NCBI GenBank assembly: GCA_963707635.1 | Contig: OY970173.1 | Coordinates: 3,072,001 to 3,136,000 of the forward strand | Origin: Candidatus Latescibacterota bacterium | GTDB lineage: Bacteria; Krumholzibacteriota; Krumholzibacteriia; WVZY01; JAKEHA01 | Length of the DNA: 64,000 nucleotides | Direction: 5' to 3' | In this document: positions 55,764 through 64,000 of the stretch, piece after piece | Position numbering within the stretch: the stretch's first letter is position 1 | How the letters are laid out: each line of letters opens with the position of its first letter | Translations under genes and position numbers: made by a program | Notes under the pieces: model-generated | The model's database searches: none | What the model was told of the DNA's origin: nothing | The model's input: the letters and a program-made list of their open reading frames with translations, nothing else

Positions 55764-57032
55764 ATGAAGCCCCCGAAGGAACCCCTGCTCGACCGTTTTC
55801 TGCGCTACGTCAAGATCGACACCCGCTCGGACGAGAACTCGACGACCTGCCCGAGCACGCCGAAGCAATGGGATCTGCTTCGCCTCCTGCACGAAGAACT
55901 GCTCGGCCTCGGACTGAAGGACGCGTCCATCGACGAGAACGGGTACGTGTTCGCAACCGTGCCGTCGAACCTGCCCCCGGAGCAGGCCGACAAGGTTCCC
56001 GTGGTCGGGTTCCTCGCGCATGTCGACACCGCCCCCGCCATCACCGGCACCAACGTCAAGCCGGTCGTCCATCGCAACTACCAGGGCGGCGACATCGCGC
56101 TCCCCGGCGACCCGAGTCAGGTCATCCACGCGTCCGACTATCCGAACCTCGAGAAGATGTACATCGGCATGGACATCGTCACCTCCGACGGGACCACGCT
56201 CCTGGGCGCCGACGACAAGGCGGGCGTGGCGGAAGTCATGACCGCCGTCGACATGTTCCTCCAGAATCCGGACATCCCGCGCGGCGCCGTGAAGGTCGGC
56301 TTCAACCCCGATGAGGAAATCGGGCGCGGCGCCGACAAGTTCGACGTGAAACGATTCGGCGCGGAGTTCGCGTATACCATGGACGGCGGACCGCTCGGCG
56401 AGATCGAATTCGAGACCTTCAACGCCTTCGGCGCGGTCGTCACCATCGAGGGGTTCGGCGTGCACCCGGGCTACGCCAAGGGCAAGCTCATCAACGCGAT
56501 CCGCATCCTGGGTGATTTCGTGACGCGGCTGCCGCGCGAAATGAGCCCCGAGATGACCGACGCGCGCGACGGGTACATCCACCCCTACGTGGTCGAGGGG
56601 CAGAACGAAGCCGTCAAGCTGCGCCTCCTGTTGCGGGACTTCGAAATGAGCGGGATCGAAAAACAGAAAGCGATCCTGCGCGCGATCGTGGACGAGGTGC
56701 AGAAGATGCACCCCAAGGCGAAGGTCGCGGCGGAGTTCAAGGAGTCGTACCGCAACATGCGCTACCAGATCGAGAAGGAACCGCGGCTGGTGGCCTACGC
56801 CGAAGAGGCGATCCGCCGCATCGGCCACAAGCCGAAGTACACGATCATCCGCGGCGGCACCGACGGCGCGCGGCTCTCGTACATGAATCTCCCCTGCCCC
56901 AACATCTTCGCGGGCGGCGAGGCGATCCACTCCACGCTCGAATGGGTCCCGGTGCAGGTGATGAACCACGCGGCCGAGACCATCGTGCGTCTGGCCGAAG
57001 TGTGGGCGGAGCGATCCACCACGCGGCAGTAG
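55764..57032 (+). CDS. pepT: Peptidase T (M20B tripeptidase)
   Basis: 'RFLRYVKIDT.S', 'AHVDT', 'LLGADDKAG', 'PDEEIGRG', 'IRGGTDG'. Confidence 0.95.
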   Translation: MKPPKEPLLDRFLRYVKIDTRSDENSTTCPSTPKQWDLLRLLHEELLGLGLKDASIDENGYVFATVPSNLPPEQADKVPVVGFLAHVDTAPAITGTNVKPVVHRNYQGGDIALPGDPSQVIHASDYPNLEKMYIGMDIVTSDGTTLLGADDKAGVAEVMTAVDMFLQNPDIPRGAVKVGFNPDEEIGRGADKFDVKRFGAEFAYTMDGGPLGEIEFETFNAFGAVVTIEGFGVHPGYAKGKLINAIRILGDFVTRLPREMSPEMTDARDGYIHPYVVEGQNEAVKLRLLLRDFEMSGIEKQKAILRAIVDEVQKMHPKAKVAAEFKESYRNMRYQIEKEPRLVAYAEEAIRRIGHKPKYTIIRGGTDGARLSYMNLPCPNIFAGGEAIHSTLEWVPVQVMNHAAETIVRLAEVWAERSTTRQ

Positions 57033-57048
57033 CCCGCGCCCACGCGTC

Positions 57049-57873
57049 ATGTGTCGCTGGATGGCATATCAGGGCGGCTCGATTCTCCTCGAAGACGTTC
57101 TCTTCAACGTTCAACACAACCTCATCGACCAGAGCATGAGCTCGCGGTCGCGCGAGACTCCGACCAACGGCGACGGCTTTGGGCTCGGCTGGTACGGCGC
57201 ACGCGAACGACCGGGCCTGTTTCGCAGCATCCGGCCGGCGTGGAACGACATGAACCTCCGCGACCTGGCCGGACAGATCGAGTCGCGCCTGTTCCTGGCG
57301 CACGTGCGCGCCACGTCGCTCGCATCGATCCAGGAGACGAACTGCCATCCATTTCGCTTCGAGAACTGGCTATTCGTCCACAACGGAGAGATTTTCGATT
57401 TCGAGAAGTTGCGCCGCGACCTTCTTTTCGCCGTGGCGCCGGAGTACTTCGAGAATATTCAAGGCACGACGGATTCCGAAATCATGTTTCATCTCGCGTT
57501 GACGTTCGGGTTACAGAAAGACGCGCCCGCCGCGCTCGCCCGTATGGCCGGTTTCATCGAACAGGTGGGACGCAAGCATGGAATCGCCGAATCGCTGTGG
57601 ATGACATTGGGTGTGAGTGACGGGAAGACCATCTACGGCGTTCGTTACGCGAGCGACGACGACGCCCCGACGCTCTACCACACCCGTGATGTCGAGGATG
57701 TCTACCGCATCAATCCGGCGATCAAGGGACGCTTTGGGCCTTCCGCCCGGGGCCTCGTGTCGGAGCCGATCGGCGAGTACGCCGAGATGTGGGTCGCGCT
57801 GCCGCAGGCGTCGTTGCTGATCGCGCGTGAAGGGGACATCGAGACTCGTCCTTTTCAGCCGCTATTCGATTGA
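57049..57873 (+). CDS. Class II glutamine amidotransferase-like protein (EgtC/YafJ family)
   Basis: N-terminal MCR, 'NGDGFGLGWY', 'AHVRA', 'NCHPF', 'HNG', 'GTTDSE'. Confidence 0.9.
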   Translation: MCRWMAYQGGSILLEDVLFNVQHNLIDQSMSSRSRETPTNGDGFGLGWYGARERPGLFRSIRPAWNDMNLRDLAGQIESRLFLAHVRATSLASIQETNCHPFRFENWLFVHNGEIFDFEKLRRDLLFAVAPEYFENIQGTTDSEIMFHLALTFGLQKDAPAALARMAGFIEQVGRKHGIAESLWMTLGVSDGKTIYGVRYASDDDAPTLYHTRDVEDVYRINPAIKGRFGPSARGLVSEPIGEYAEMWVALPQASLLIAREGDIETRPFQPLFD

Positions 57874-57925
57874 CGCTCCGGGCGGCGCCGGGAGGATGGC
57901 GCCGACCCGATCAGTCGCCTCGAAC

Positions 57926-59014
57926 TCAATGCCCGGTGTGCTTGCGCCACGCCCCCCGCGCCTTCTGCCATTGATACGCCAGTCGGATACGGAGCGGCCG
58001 CGGGAGCCGGTGCCCCGTCCGGGCGGCCAGGTACTCCCTCGCCAGCACAGTCTGGCCGACTTCTCCACCCGACGGCCACAAGGACTGCAGAGAAACAAAC
58101 TCCGCCGTCGCGCGCTCCGCTTGGCCCTGATGCGCAAGGAATTTCACGCGCGAGAGCGACACATGCGCGGCGCCGAGCACATCGCCGTCCTCGCGAAGCC
58201 AACCTGCCGCGCGATCGAGCAGGCGGAGCCCGTCGTCGGTCGACACGCTGGCCACGTGATCTTCGAAGCGTTCGAGTTCCCCGCTTGGGATCGCGGACGC
58301 CAGCCGGAACGCCACGGTGGTTCCACCGAGCACGTTGTGTACGGGCTCGACGTGAGCGTCGAGGCGCGCCATCATCATCGGCACCCAGTACGCGCCCCAG
58401 TACTTGAAATCCTGACACACCAGCAGAGTTTTCCCGGGAAGGAGTCGGCTGGACAGCGTCAGCAACAGATGACGCATGCCGCGCCACGACTTGGCCCCGT
58501 CGATGAAAAGAATCTCGACCGGGTCGCCGCCCGGGAGTCCCTCGAACGGAGCCATCGCCTTTTCTCCGGAGAAGCGCGTGGCGCCGGCATCGGCGTCGCC
58601 CTCGATCGTCTCGTCGGGAAGCGCGCGGGCATGCGACACCACGAGATCCGTGTAACCCACGATGTTTCTCAAGAAGAAAGGCTCGAAGGAATCACCGGGA
58701 CTAAGCGGAAGCGGGGCGCGCGCCGCCATGAACTTGCGCCAGAGAAAGTTGTCGACCGCGTGGAGCTTTCCGCGCGCGGCGCGACCCGACGCGCGCATGC
58801 CGGCAGCAAGACAGACCGTGCTCCCGCCGAGCCACGGCCCGATCTCGACCACCGTCCCCGCGCCCGACCATTCGTCCTTCCCGAGCCAGAAGAGATATCG
58901 CTTCTCCTCGTCGGCAAGCATGGTGGGAACGGAACGCGGGTAGTCGAAGGAGATGGACTTCCAGGCGCGGTGTTCCATGAGTTCAAAGAAGATGGCCGCC
59001 AGTGATGCGTTCAC
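57926..59014 (-). CDS. Class I SAM-dependent methyltransferase (Methyltransf_24-like)
   Basis: 'VVEIGPWLGGST', 'AVDNF', 'LFIDGAKS'. Confidence 0.7.
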   Translation of the reverse strand: MNASLAAIFFELMEHRAWKSISFDYPRSVPTMLADEEKRYLFWLGKDEWSGAGTVVEIGPWLGGSTVCLAAGMRASGRAARGKLHAVDNFLWRKFMAARAPLPLSPGDSFEPFFLRNIVGYTDLVVSHARALPDETIEGDADAGATRFSGEKAMAPFEGLPGGDPVEILFIDGAKSWRGMRHLLLTLSSRLLPGKTLLVCQDFKYWGAYWVPMMMARLDAHVEPVHNVLGGTTVAFRLASAIPSGELERFEDHVASVSTDDGLRLLDRAAGWLREDGDVLGAAHVSLSRVKFLAHQGQAERATAEFVSLQSLWPSGGEVGQTVLAREYLAARTGHRLPRPLRIRLAYQWQKARGAWRKHTGH

Positions 59015-59052
59015 CGGCGGCCATCATGGTAAGTCAACCAGGTCGATTGATG

Positions 59053-59646
59053 CTAGTGATAGAGCGACTTCACGCGCCCCCACGTTGTCGACTCGACGGC
59101 GAGCGGCGGCGCACATGGGCAGCTGGAGTTTTCGTTGATCACCGCTGAGCCACCCGAGATTGGCACATAACGATTGAAGCAGTCAAACGCCAAGACGACA
59201 TGAGGGTAGGCAGGGTTCCACGTCGGTAGAACCGGTAGAACCGGATAATGGCAACATTCCTGGGCGTCACCGGTGGCCTCGAAGATAATCTTCCCAACGT
59301 AGACTGGGAGCGGCAGGCATGCCATGTAGCCTACCTCCAACCCCGAACCTTGGGACGACCCGGCAAACACGAAACCCGCGGGGAAGCCATCGCCGACCCA
59401 GGTCGCGCCTATCCAACATTCGGGTTTGGGCGCTCTGAACACAGTCGCAGCGCGCGACCCAGCGCCAACATGGATTACATAGACGATCACAGTTCGCACT
59501 TCGGTATCGCTAATGGAACAGTCCGTCCCCGCCTTATCCGCGAAGAGCGCGATCTTCTCCGTCGTCTGCGCTTGAACCGGCGAGGTGGCCAAAAGCATGA
59601 GCAATGGTGTTACCAGGAGCGCGAGCGTGATCTTCATAGCGTTCAT
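59053..59646 (-). CDS. Secreted Cys-rich protein with TWGxVKxLYH motif (tandem paralogue 2)
   Basis: Signal peptide ..VQA/Q; ends SCPCAPPLAVESTTWGRVKSLYH; start 59646 or 59637. Confidence 0.85.
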   Translation of the reverse strand: MNAMKITLALLVTPLLMLLATSPVQAQTTEKIALFADKAGTDCSISDTEVRTVIVYVIHVGAGSRAATVFRAPKPECWIGATWVGDGFPAGFVFAGSSQGSGLEVGYMACLPLPVYVGKIIFEATGDAQECCHYPVLPVLPTWNPAYPHVVLAFDCFNRYVPISGGSAVINENSSCPCAPPLAVESTTWGRVKSLYH

Positions 59647-59660
59647 TCCTAGCGGCCCGA

Positions 59661-60224
59661 CTAGTCATACAGCGACTTTACACGCCCCCATGTCGTCGAC
59701 TCGACCGCGAGGGGCGGTGCACACGGGCAGCTGTCATTCTCATTGATGACGGCCGATCCCCCGAGTATCGGTAATTCTCTCCCCTGACAGTCACCGCTGA
59801 GAACACTCTCCGGTCTGTATTCGGACGGCAGGACGTTGTACACGCAACAAGCTTGGGCCGCGCCCGTGACTTCGAAGACCATCTTTCCGACGTAGACGGG
59901 AAGGGGCAAGCAGGCCCGGTACGCCACACTGCAGTCCGGGCCCTGACTCTGACCAGCGACTCCATATCCCAAGAAGTCGTCACCGACCCAGGTTGCGCCC
60001 GTCCAGCATTCGGGCTTGGGAGCCCGGAACTCGCATCCACCGCGCATACCGGTCCCCACATGGAATATGTAGACAAATACCGTCCCCGCCCTTGTATCCG
60101 AGATGGAGCAATCCGTCCCAAACTTATCCGCGTAGAGCATGATCCCTTCGGCTGTCTGCGCTTGTACCAGTGATTTACCAGACAGCACGAGCACCAAACT
60201 CAACAGCACGGTCGCGATCTTCAT
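59661..60224 (-). CDS. Secreted Cys-rich protein with TWGxVKxLYD motif (tandem paralogue 1)
   Basis: AAAGGA RBS; signal peptide; ends SCPCAPPLAVESTTWGRVKSLYD. Confidence 0.85.
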   Translation of the reverse strand: MKIATVLLSLVLVLSGKSLVQAQTAEGIMLYADKFGTDCSISDTRAGTVFVYIFHVGTGMRGGCEFRAPKPECWTGATWVGDDFLGYGVAGQSQGPDCSVAYRACLPLPVYVGKMVFEVTGAAQACCVYNVLPSEYRPESVLSGDCQGRELPILGGSAVINENDSCPCAPPLAVESTTWGRVKSLYD

Positions 60225-60294
60225 GGCGTCCTTTCGTGGCGGCCCACTGCGACGCCATAGTTTACCGCCTAATTAACTATGATGCAATGGACTT

Positions 60295-61110
60295 CTAGCG
60301 CAGCAGAAACGCCGCGACTACCGCCGCCAGCGCGATCCGATAGTAGGCGAACAGCTGCAGCCCGTGGCCGCGAAGGAAGCTCAAGAGGAAGCGGATGACG
60401 ACCCACCCTGCGATCGCGGAGGTGGCGACGCCGACGGCCAGCGCGGTCAACTCCGCGGACGAGACCGGTCCGGCGAACAGATCGATCGATTTCTTGATGC
60501 CCGCTCCCAGCATGAGCGGCGACGCCATCAGAAACGAAAAGCGCGCCGCCTGGTCGCGTTTGAGGCCACACATCATGCCGGTCACGATCGTGATCCCGGA
60601 CCGCGATACTCCGGGAATGAGGGCGAGCGTCTGCGACGCACCGATGGCCACCGCACTCCAGAACGTGAGCGATTGCATCTCCCCGGAGTGTTTGAACCGG
60701 CGCTCGACCCACAGAAACACCAGCGCGCCGAGCACGAGCGTCACCACGATCACCGCGGGATGTCTGAAATAGAACTCGATCTGTTTTTCGAACAGAAAAC
60801 CTACGATCCCCGCGGGGACGCACGCCGCGATTACATACCACGAGAGCCGGCTGGCGGGGTCGGCGTTGCCGTCGCGCTTCGCGATACTCACGAGAAACCC
60901 GCGCGCGAGATCGCGCAGGTCGCCCCAGAAATACACGACGACCGCAATCAGCGTCCCGATGTGCAGCGCCACGTCGAAGGTCAGCCCGTCGACCACGTCG
61001 AAGTCGAGCGCAGTGCGCGCCAGGATCAGGTGCGCAGATGACGAAATGGGAAGAAACTCGGTGATGGCCTGGACCAGCCCCAGGATGACGGCGAGCGTAA
61101 TGACGGACAC
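60295..61110 (-). CDS. uppP: Undecaprenyl-diphosphate phosphatase (BacA)
   Basis: 'QAITEFLPISSSAH', 'ALIPGVSRSGITI', 'ARFSFLM'. Confidence 0.95.
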   Translation of the reverse strand: MSVITLAVILGLVQAITEFLPISSSAHLILARTALDFDVVDGLTFDVALHIGTLIAVVVYFWGDLRDLARGFLVSIAKRDGNADPASRLSWYVIAACVPAGIVGFLFEKQIEFYFRHPAVIVVTLVLGALVFLWVERRFKHSGEMQSLTFWSAVAIGASQTLALIPGVSRSGITIVTGMMCGLKRDQAARFSFLMASPLMLGAGIKKSIDLFAGPVSSAELTALAVGVATSAIAGWVVIRFLLSFLRGHGLQLFAYYRIALAAVVAAFLLR

Positions 61111-61137
61111 GTGGACTCCGATCGATGAAAGTAATGA

Positions 61138-61629
61138 TCAGCGGCGGTTCAACACGTCGCGGATGAACGCTTCCGGGTCCGCCGGCGAGACGACGACCAC
61201 GCGGTCGCTGAAGCGAAGAATCACGCATCGCGCCGGGTCGGTCACGAAGGCGCGGTATCGTCCGAGTTTGCTGCTTTGAAACACTCCGGTAAATGAAAAG
61301 AACCCGCCGTTTCCAAACAACCGGATGCTCCCGCGGAGCGCCGCGGGATCGACCACCGCGGATTCCAGTTTGTTGCGCGCCAGGCGTGTGCTCCAGAGCA
61401 GGCGCTCGATCAGGATCTCGTCGGCGGTCACGACGTAGCCGCGAATCATGAACAGCGCGGAGAAGGCCATGACCGCCAGCGGGAGCATGGCGATCCACGC
61501 GGCGTAGCGCCCGACTTCGGCGTTGCCTACCTGCGACCACATGAGAACCGCGACTCCGACACAGATCACGCTCGCGAAAAGCGACATGACGACCAGGAGT
61601 TTTCCCCAGGGCGCGGGATGCCGTTTCAC
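61138..61629 (-). CDS. Membrane protein with bacterial PH domain
   Basis: Two TMs followed by 'IRLFGNGGFFSFTG.F', 'VVVSPADP..F'. Confidence 0.8.
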   Translation of the reverse strand: MKRHPAPWGKLLVVMSLFASVICVGVAVLMWSQVGNAEVGRYAAWIAMLPLAVMAFSALFMIRGYVVTADEILIERLLWSTRLARNKLESAVVDPAALRGSIRLFGNGGFFSFTGVFQSSKLGRYRAFVTDPARCVILRFSDRVVVVSPADPEAFIRDVLNRR

Positions 61630-62123
61630 GCCTCTGCTCCAATCTCGACCAGGACGCGGCCGAAGGCGACCTGCTCGCCCGGCTTGCAGCCCACGCGCTT
61701 CACGACGCCGTCCATCGGCGACGCGATCTCGTTGTGCATCTTCATCGATTCCAGCACCGCCACCGCCTGCCCGGCCGTCACGCGGTCCCCAACCGCGACG
61801 TGGACCGCGACGATTGTCCCGGGCATCGGGGCCTCGAGGCGTCCGCTGCCGGCGCCGCCGCCGGTCGAAACCGGACGGTCCGCGTCGACGGCGTCGCGCG
61901 CAACCGCATAACCGTGCCCCCCGATAGAAATCATGAGACCGGCCGAACCATTCGACACGTGGGCGACGTGCGACGCGCGGTCGACCAGAAACGCGAGCGT
62001 CCCGGCCGTCGCGCTCACTTCGCTCACGGCGTGACGCCGCCCGTCGACGGTGACCACGTAACCCTCGCCCGCGCGCTCGACCACCACGTCGCGCCTCACG
62101 CCGTCGATGACGATCGTCGCCAC
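61626..62123 (-). CDS. Biotin carboxyl carrier protein (acyl-CoA carboxylase)
   Basis: 'APMPG', biotinylation motif 'LESMKM'. Confidence 0.92.
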   Translation of the reverse strand: MATIVIDGVRRDVVVERAGEGYVVTVDGRRHAVSEVSATAGTLAFLVDRASHVAHVSNGSAGLMISIGGHGYAVARDAVDADRPVSTGGGAGSGRLEAPMPGTIVAVHVAVGDRVTAGQAVAVLESMKMHNEIASPMDGVVKRVGCKPGEQVAFGRVLVEIGAEA

Positions 62124-62124
62124 G

Positions 62125-63660
62125 CTACCTCACTCCCCCGATTTCCCAGCGGCCGATGCGCTGCCACGGCGATACGTCGCCGGGCTCGCTTCCGCCTGTC
62201 GCGCGGGCGCCGCGCGCCACCCCCAGCTCCTCGACCAGCGCGGCGGCGACGAATACCTCGTCGGACACGCCCGCCCCGGCGGCAACCAGCAATTCGCTCA
62301 CGTGTTCGTCGATGAATGCAGTCGTCACGTCGCCCGCGATGAATTTCGGATGACGCAGGATCCGCTTGTGCAGCTCGATGCCGGTCTGCACGCCGTGCAC
62401 GACGTACTCGTCGAGCGCGCGCAGCATGCGGCGGCGCGCGGTCTCGCGGTCCTCGCCGAACGCCACCAGCTTGGAGAGAATCGGGTCGTAATACGGAGTC
62501 ACTTCCCAGCCCTCGTAGATGCCGCTGTCGTTGCGAATGCCCGGCCCGGACGGTTCGTACAGATACGAGATGACGCCGCACGAGGGCATGAAGTGCTTCG
62601 TCTCGTCTTCGGCGTAGACGCGGCACTCGATGGCGTGGCCGCGCTGCACGAGATCCTTCTGCGCAAAGGCGAGTTTCTCGCCGCGGGCGATGCGCAGCTG
62701 CCACTGCACCAGGTCGATGCCGGTGGTGCATTCCGTGATCGGGTGCTCCACCTGGATGCGCGTGTTCATCTCGAGGAAGTAGAAGTTGCCGGCCGCGTCG
62801 AGCATGAACTCGATGGTCCCGGCGTTCACATAGCCCACCGCCTTCGCGGCGGCGACCGCCGCTGCGCCCATTTTCGCGCGCAGCGCCGGCGTCAGCGCCG
62901 GCGAGGGCGTCTCCTCCAGCACCTTCTGGTGCCGGCGCTGGATCGAGCACTCGCGCTCGAAGAGGTGGACGATGTTGCCATGAGCGTCGGCGAGCACCTG
63001 AAACTCGACGTGACGCGGGCGCTCGATGCGCTTCTCGACATAGACGGTGTCGTCGCCGAACGCCGATTTGGCCTCGCCGATCGCGGCGCGCGCGGCGGCC
63101 TCGACCTGCGAACGGTCGGTCACGAGCCGGAGCCCCTTGCCGCCACCGCCCGCCGACGCTTTGATGAAGATGGGGCCGTCGATCTTCTTGGCAGCCTCGG
63201 CAATGGCCCGCGGGTCGTTGCTCCCGCCGTCGGTGCCCGGCACGATAGGCACACCCGCCTTCTTCATGATCGCGCGCGAGCCGATCTTCGAACCCATGGC
63301 GCGAATCGCGCTCGACGGCGGGCCGACGAACGTGAGCCCTTCGCGCTCGACGCGCTCGGCGAACGTATCATTCTCAGCGAGGAATCCGTATCCGGGGTGG
63401 ATCGCGTCCGCGCCGGTCGTGCGCGCGGCCGCGAGGATGGCGTCCTGGTTCAAGTACGACTCCAGCGGCGACGGCGGACCGATGCACACGGCTTCGTTCG
63501 CCTGTTGGACGTGGAGGCTGCGGCGGTCGGCCTCGGAGAAGACGGCGACGGTCGGGATGCCGAGTTCGCGGCAGGCGCGGATGATGCGCACGGCGATCTC
63601 GCCCCGGTTGGCGACGAGGACTTTGGTCACGGGTCGCGTGGTGTCACGACGCTTCGCCAA
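62125..63660 (-). CDS. Biotin carboxylase subunit of an acyl-CoA (methylcrotonyl/propionyl-CoA) carboxylase
   Basis: 'ANRGEIA', 'HPGYGFLAEN', 'GGGGKG', 'ERECSIQRRHQK', 'EMNTRIQVEHP'. Confidence 0.93.
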   Translation of the reverse strand: MAKRRDTTRPVTKVLVANRGEIAVRIIRACRELGIPTVAVFSEADRRSLHVQQANEAVCIGPPSPLESYLNQDAILAAARTTGADAIHPGYGFLAENDTFAERVEREGLTFVGPPSSAIRAMGSKIGSRAIMKKAGVPIVPGTDGGSNDPRAIAEAAKKIDGPIFIKASAGGGGKGLRLVTDRSQVEAAARAAIGEAKSAFGDDTVYVEKRIERPRHVEFQVLADAHGNIVHLFERECSIQRRHQKVLEETPSPALTPALRAKMGAAAVAAAKAVGYVNAGTIEFMLDAAGNFYFLEMNTRIQVEHPITECTTGIDLVQWQLRIARGEKLAFAQKDLVQRGHAIECRVYAEDETKHFMPSCGVISYLYEPSGPGIRNDSGIYEGWEVTPYYDPILSKLVAFGEDRETARRRMLRALDEYVVHGVQTGIELHKRILRHPKFIAGDVTTAFIDEHVSELLVAAGAGVSDEVFVAAALVEELGVARGARATGGSEPGDVSPWQRIGRWEIGGVR

Positions 63661-63663
63661 CCG

Positions 63664-64000
63664 CTACTCCTCGACGTCCCAGTTCGGCTTGCGCTTCTCG
63701 AAGAACGCGGCGAAGCCCTCCTGCCCTTCGGGCGCGCCGCGCAGCCCCGCGATCGTCCGCGCGGTGAACTCCTGCACGGACTCGATCGGCGCCCCGGCCA
63801 CGCGGTTGATGAGCTGCTTGGTGGTCGCGATCGCCTTCGGGGCGGCCTTGAGGAAGCGCTTCGCCCACTCGCCCGTGGCGGCGTCGAGCCGGTCCGCCGC
63901 CACCACCTCGTTGACGAGCCCGAGCGCGCGCGCTTCCGCCGCATCGAAGCTGCGGCCGGTCAGAAAGAGATCGTGTGCGCTCGCCTCACCGATCTTGCGC
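63664..64000 (-). CDS. Enoyl-CoA hydratase family protein (methylglutaconyl-CoA hydratase-like), 5' end outside the window
   Basis: Hand translation ...RKIGEASAHDLFLTGRSFDAAEARALGLVNEVV...EGQEGFAAFFEKRKPNW; adjacent to the biotin carboxylase. Confidence 0.85.
   Translation of the reverse strand, partial: RKIGEASAHDLFLTGRSFDAAEARALGLVNEVVAADRLDAATGEWAKRFLKAAPKAIATTKQLINRVAGAPIESVQEFTARTIAGLRGAPEGQEGFAAFFEKRKPNWDVEE

Noticed and set aside
54372..57050. 892-aa minus-strand ORF and similar long Arg/Pro/Ala-rich ORFs (e.g. 42836-44797, 50643-52520, 44161-46017)
   Set aside because: Antisense or alternate-frame shadows of well-supported genes, expected in high-GC DNA.

Overview
High-GC bacterial chromosomal segment with about 55 CDSs and no recognisable rRNA, tRNA, CRISPR array, integrase or transposase. 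Housekeeping and metabolic content: a Bacillus-type fadN/fadA/fadE beta-oxidation cluster interrupted by unrelated genes, ligA, mgtE, pepT, uppP, a cyclophilin, a divergent transketolase, a polyprenyl synthase and the end of a hydratase/biotin-carboxylase/BCCP (liu-like) cluster. Envelope and transport content: an ArsR-linked DUF2892-MMPL-LolA-like-OM barrel operon, a CzcCBA-type heavy-metal RND operon whose czcA has at least 5 frameshifts, MscS, a Na+/H+ antiporter and a Hanks kinase with a beta-propeller. Main observations: (1) five secreted proteins with three different cargo types all end in the same motif, [T/S]WGx[I/V]KxLY[R/H/D]-stop, a candidate C-terminal sorting signal; (2) two secreted-protein genes sit between direct duplications of a neighbouring gene's end (an exact 89 bp copy of the thiolase 5' end, and a 20/22 bp copy of an MBL-hydrolase 3' end) with no recombinase nearby; (3) a HigBA-type locus whose toxin is reduced to a 13-codon stub behind an intact promoter and operator; (4) a ~67 nt structured intergenic repeat present twice with a compensatory stem change, plus a REPIN-like hairpin; (5) several apparently leaderless genes. 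The gene content suggests an uncultured FCB-group lineage (Krumholzibacteriota/Latescibacterota/Eisenbacteria-like). That assignment is inference from recollection and has not been checked. All calls were made by eye, without database searches.
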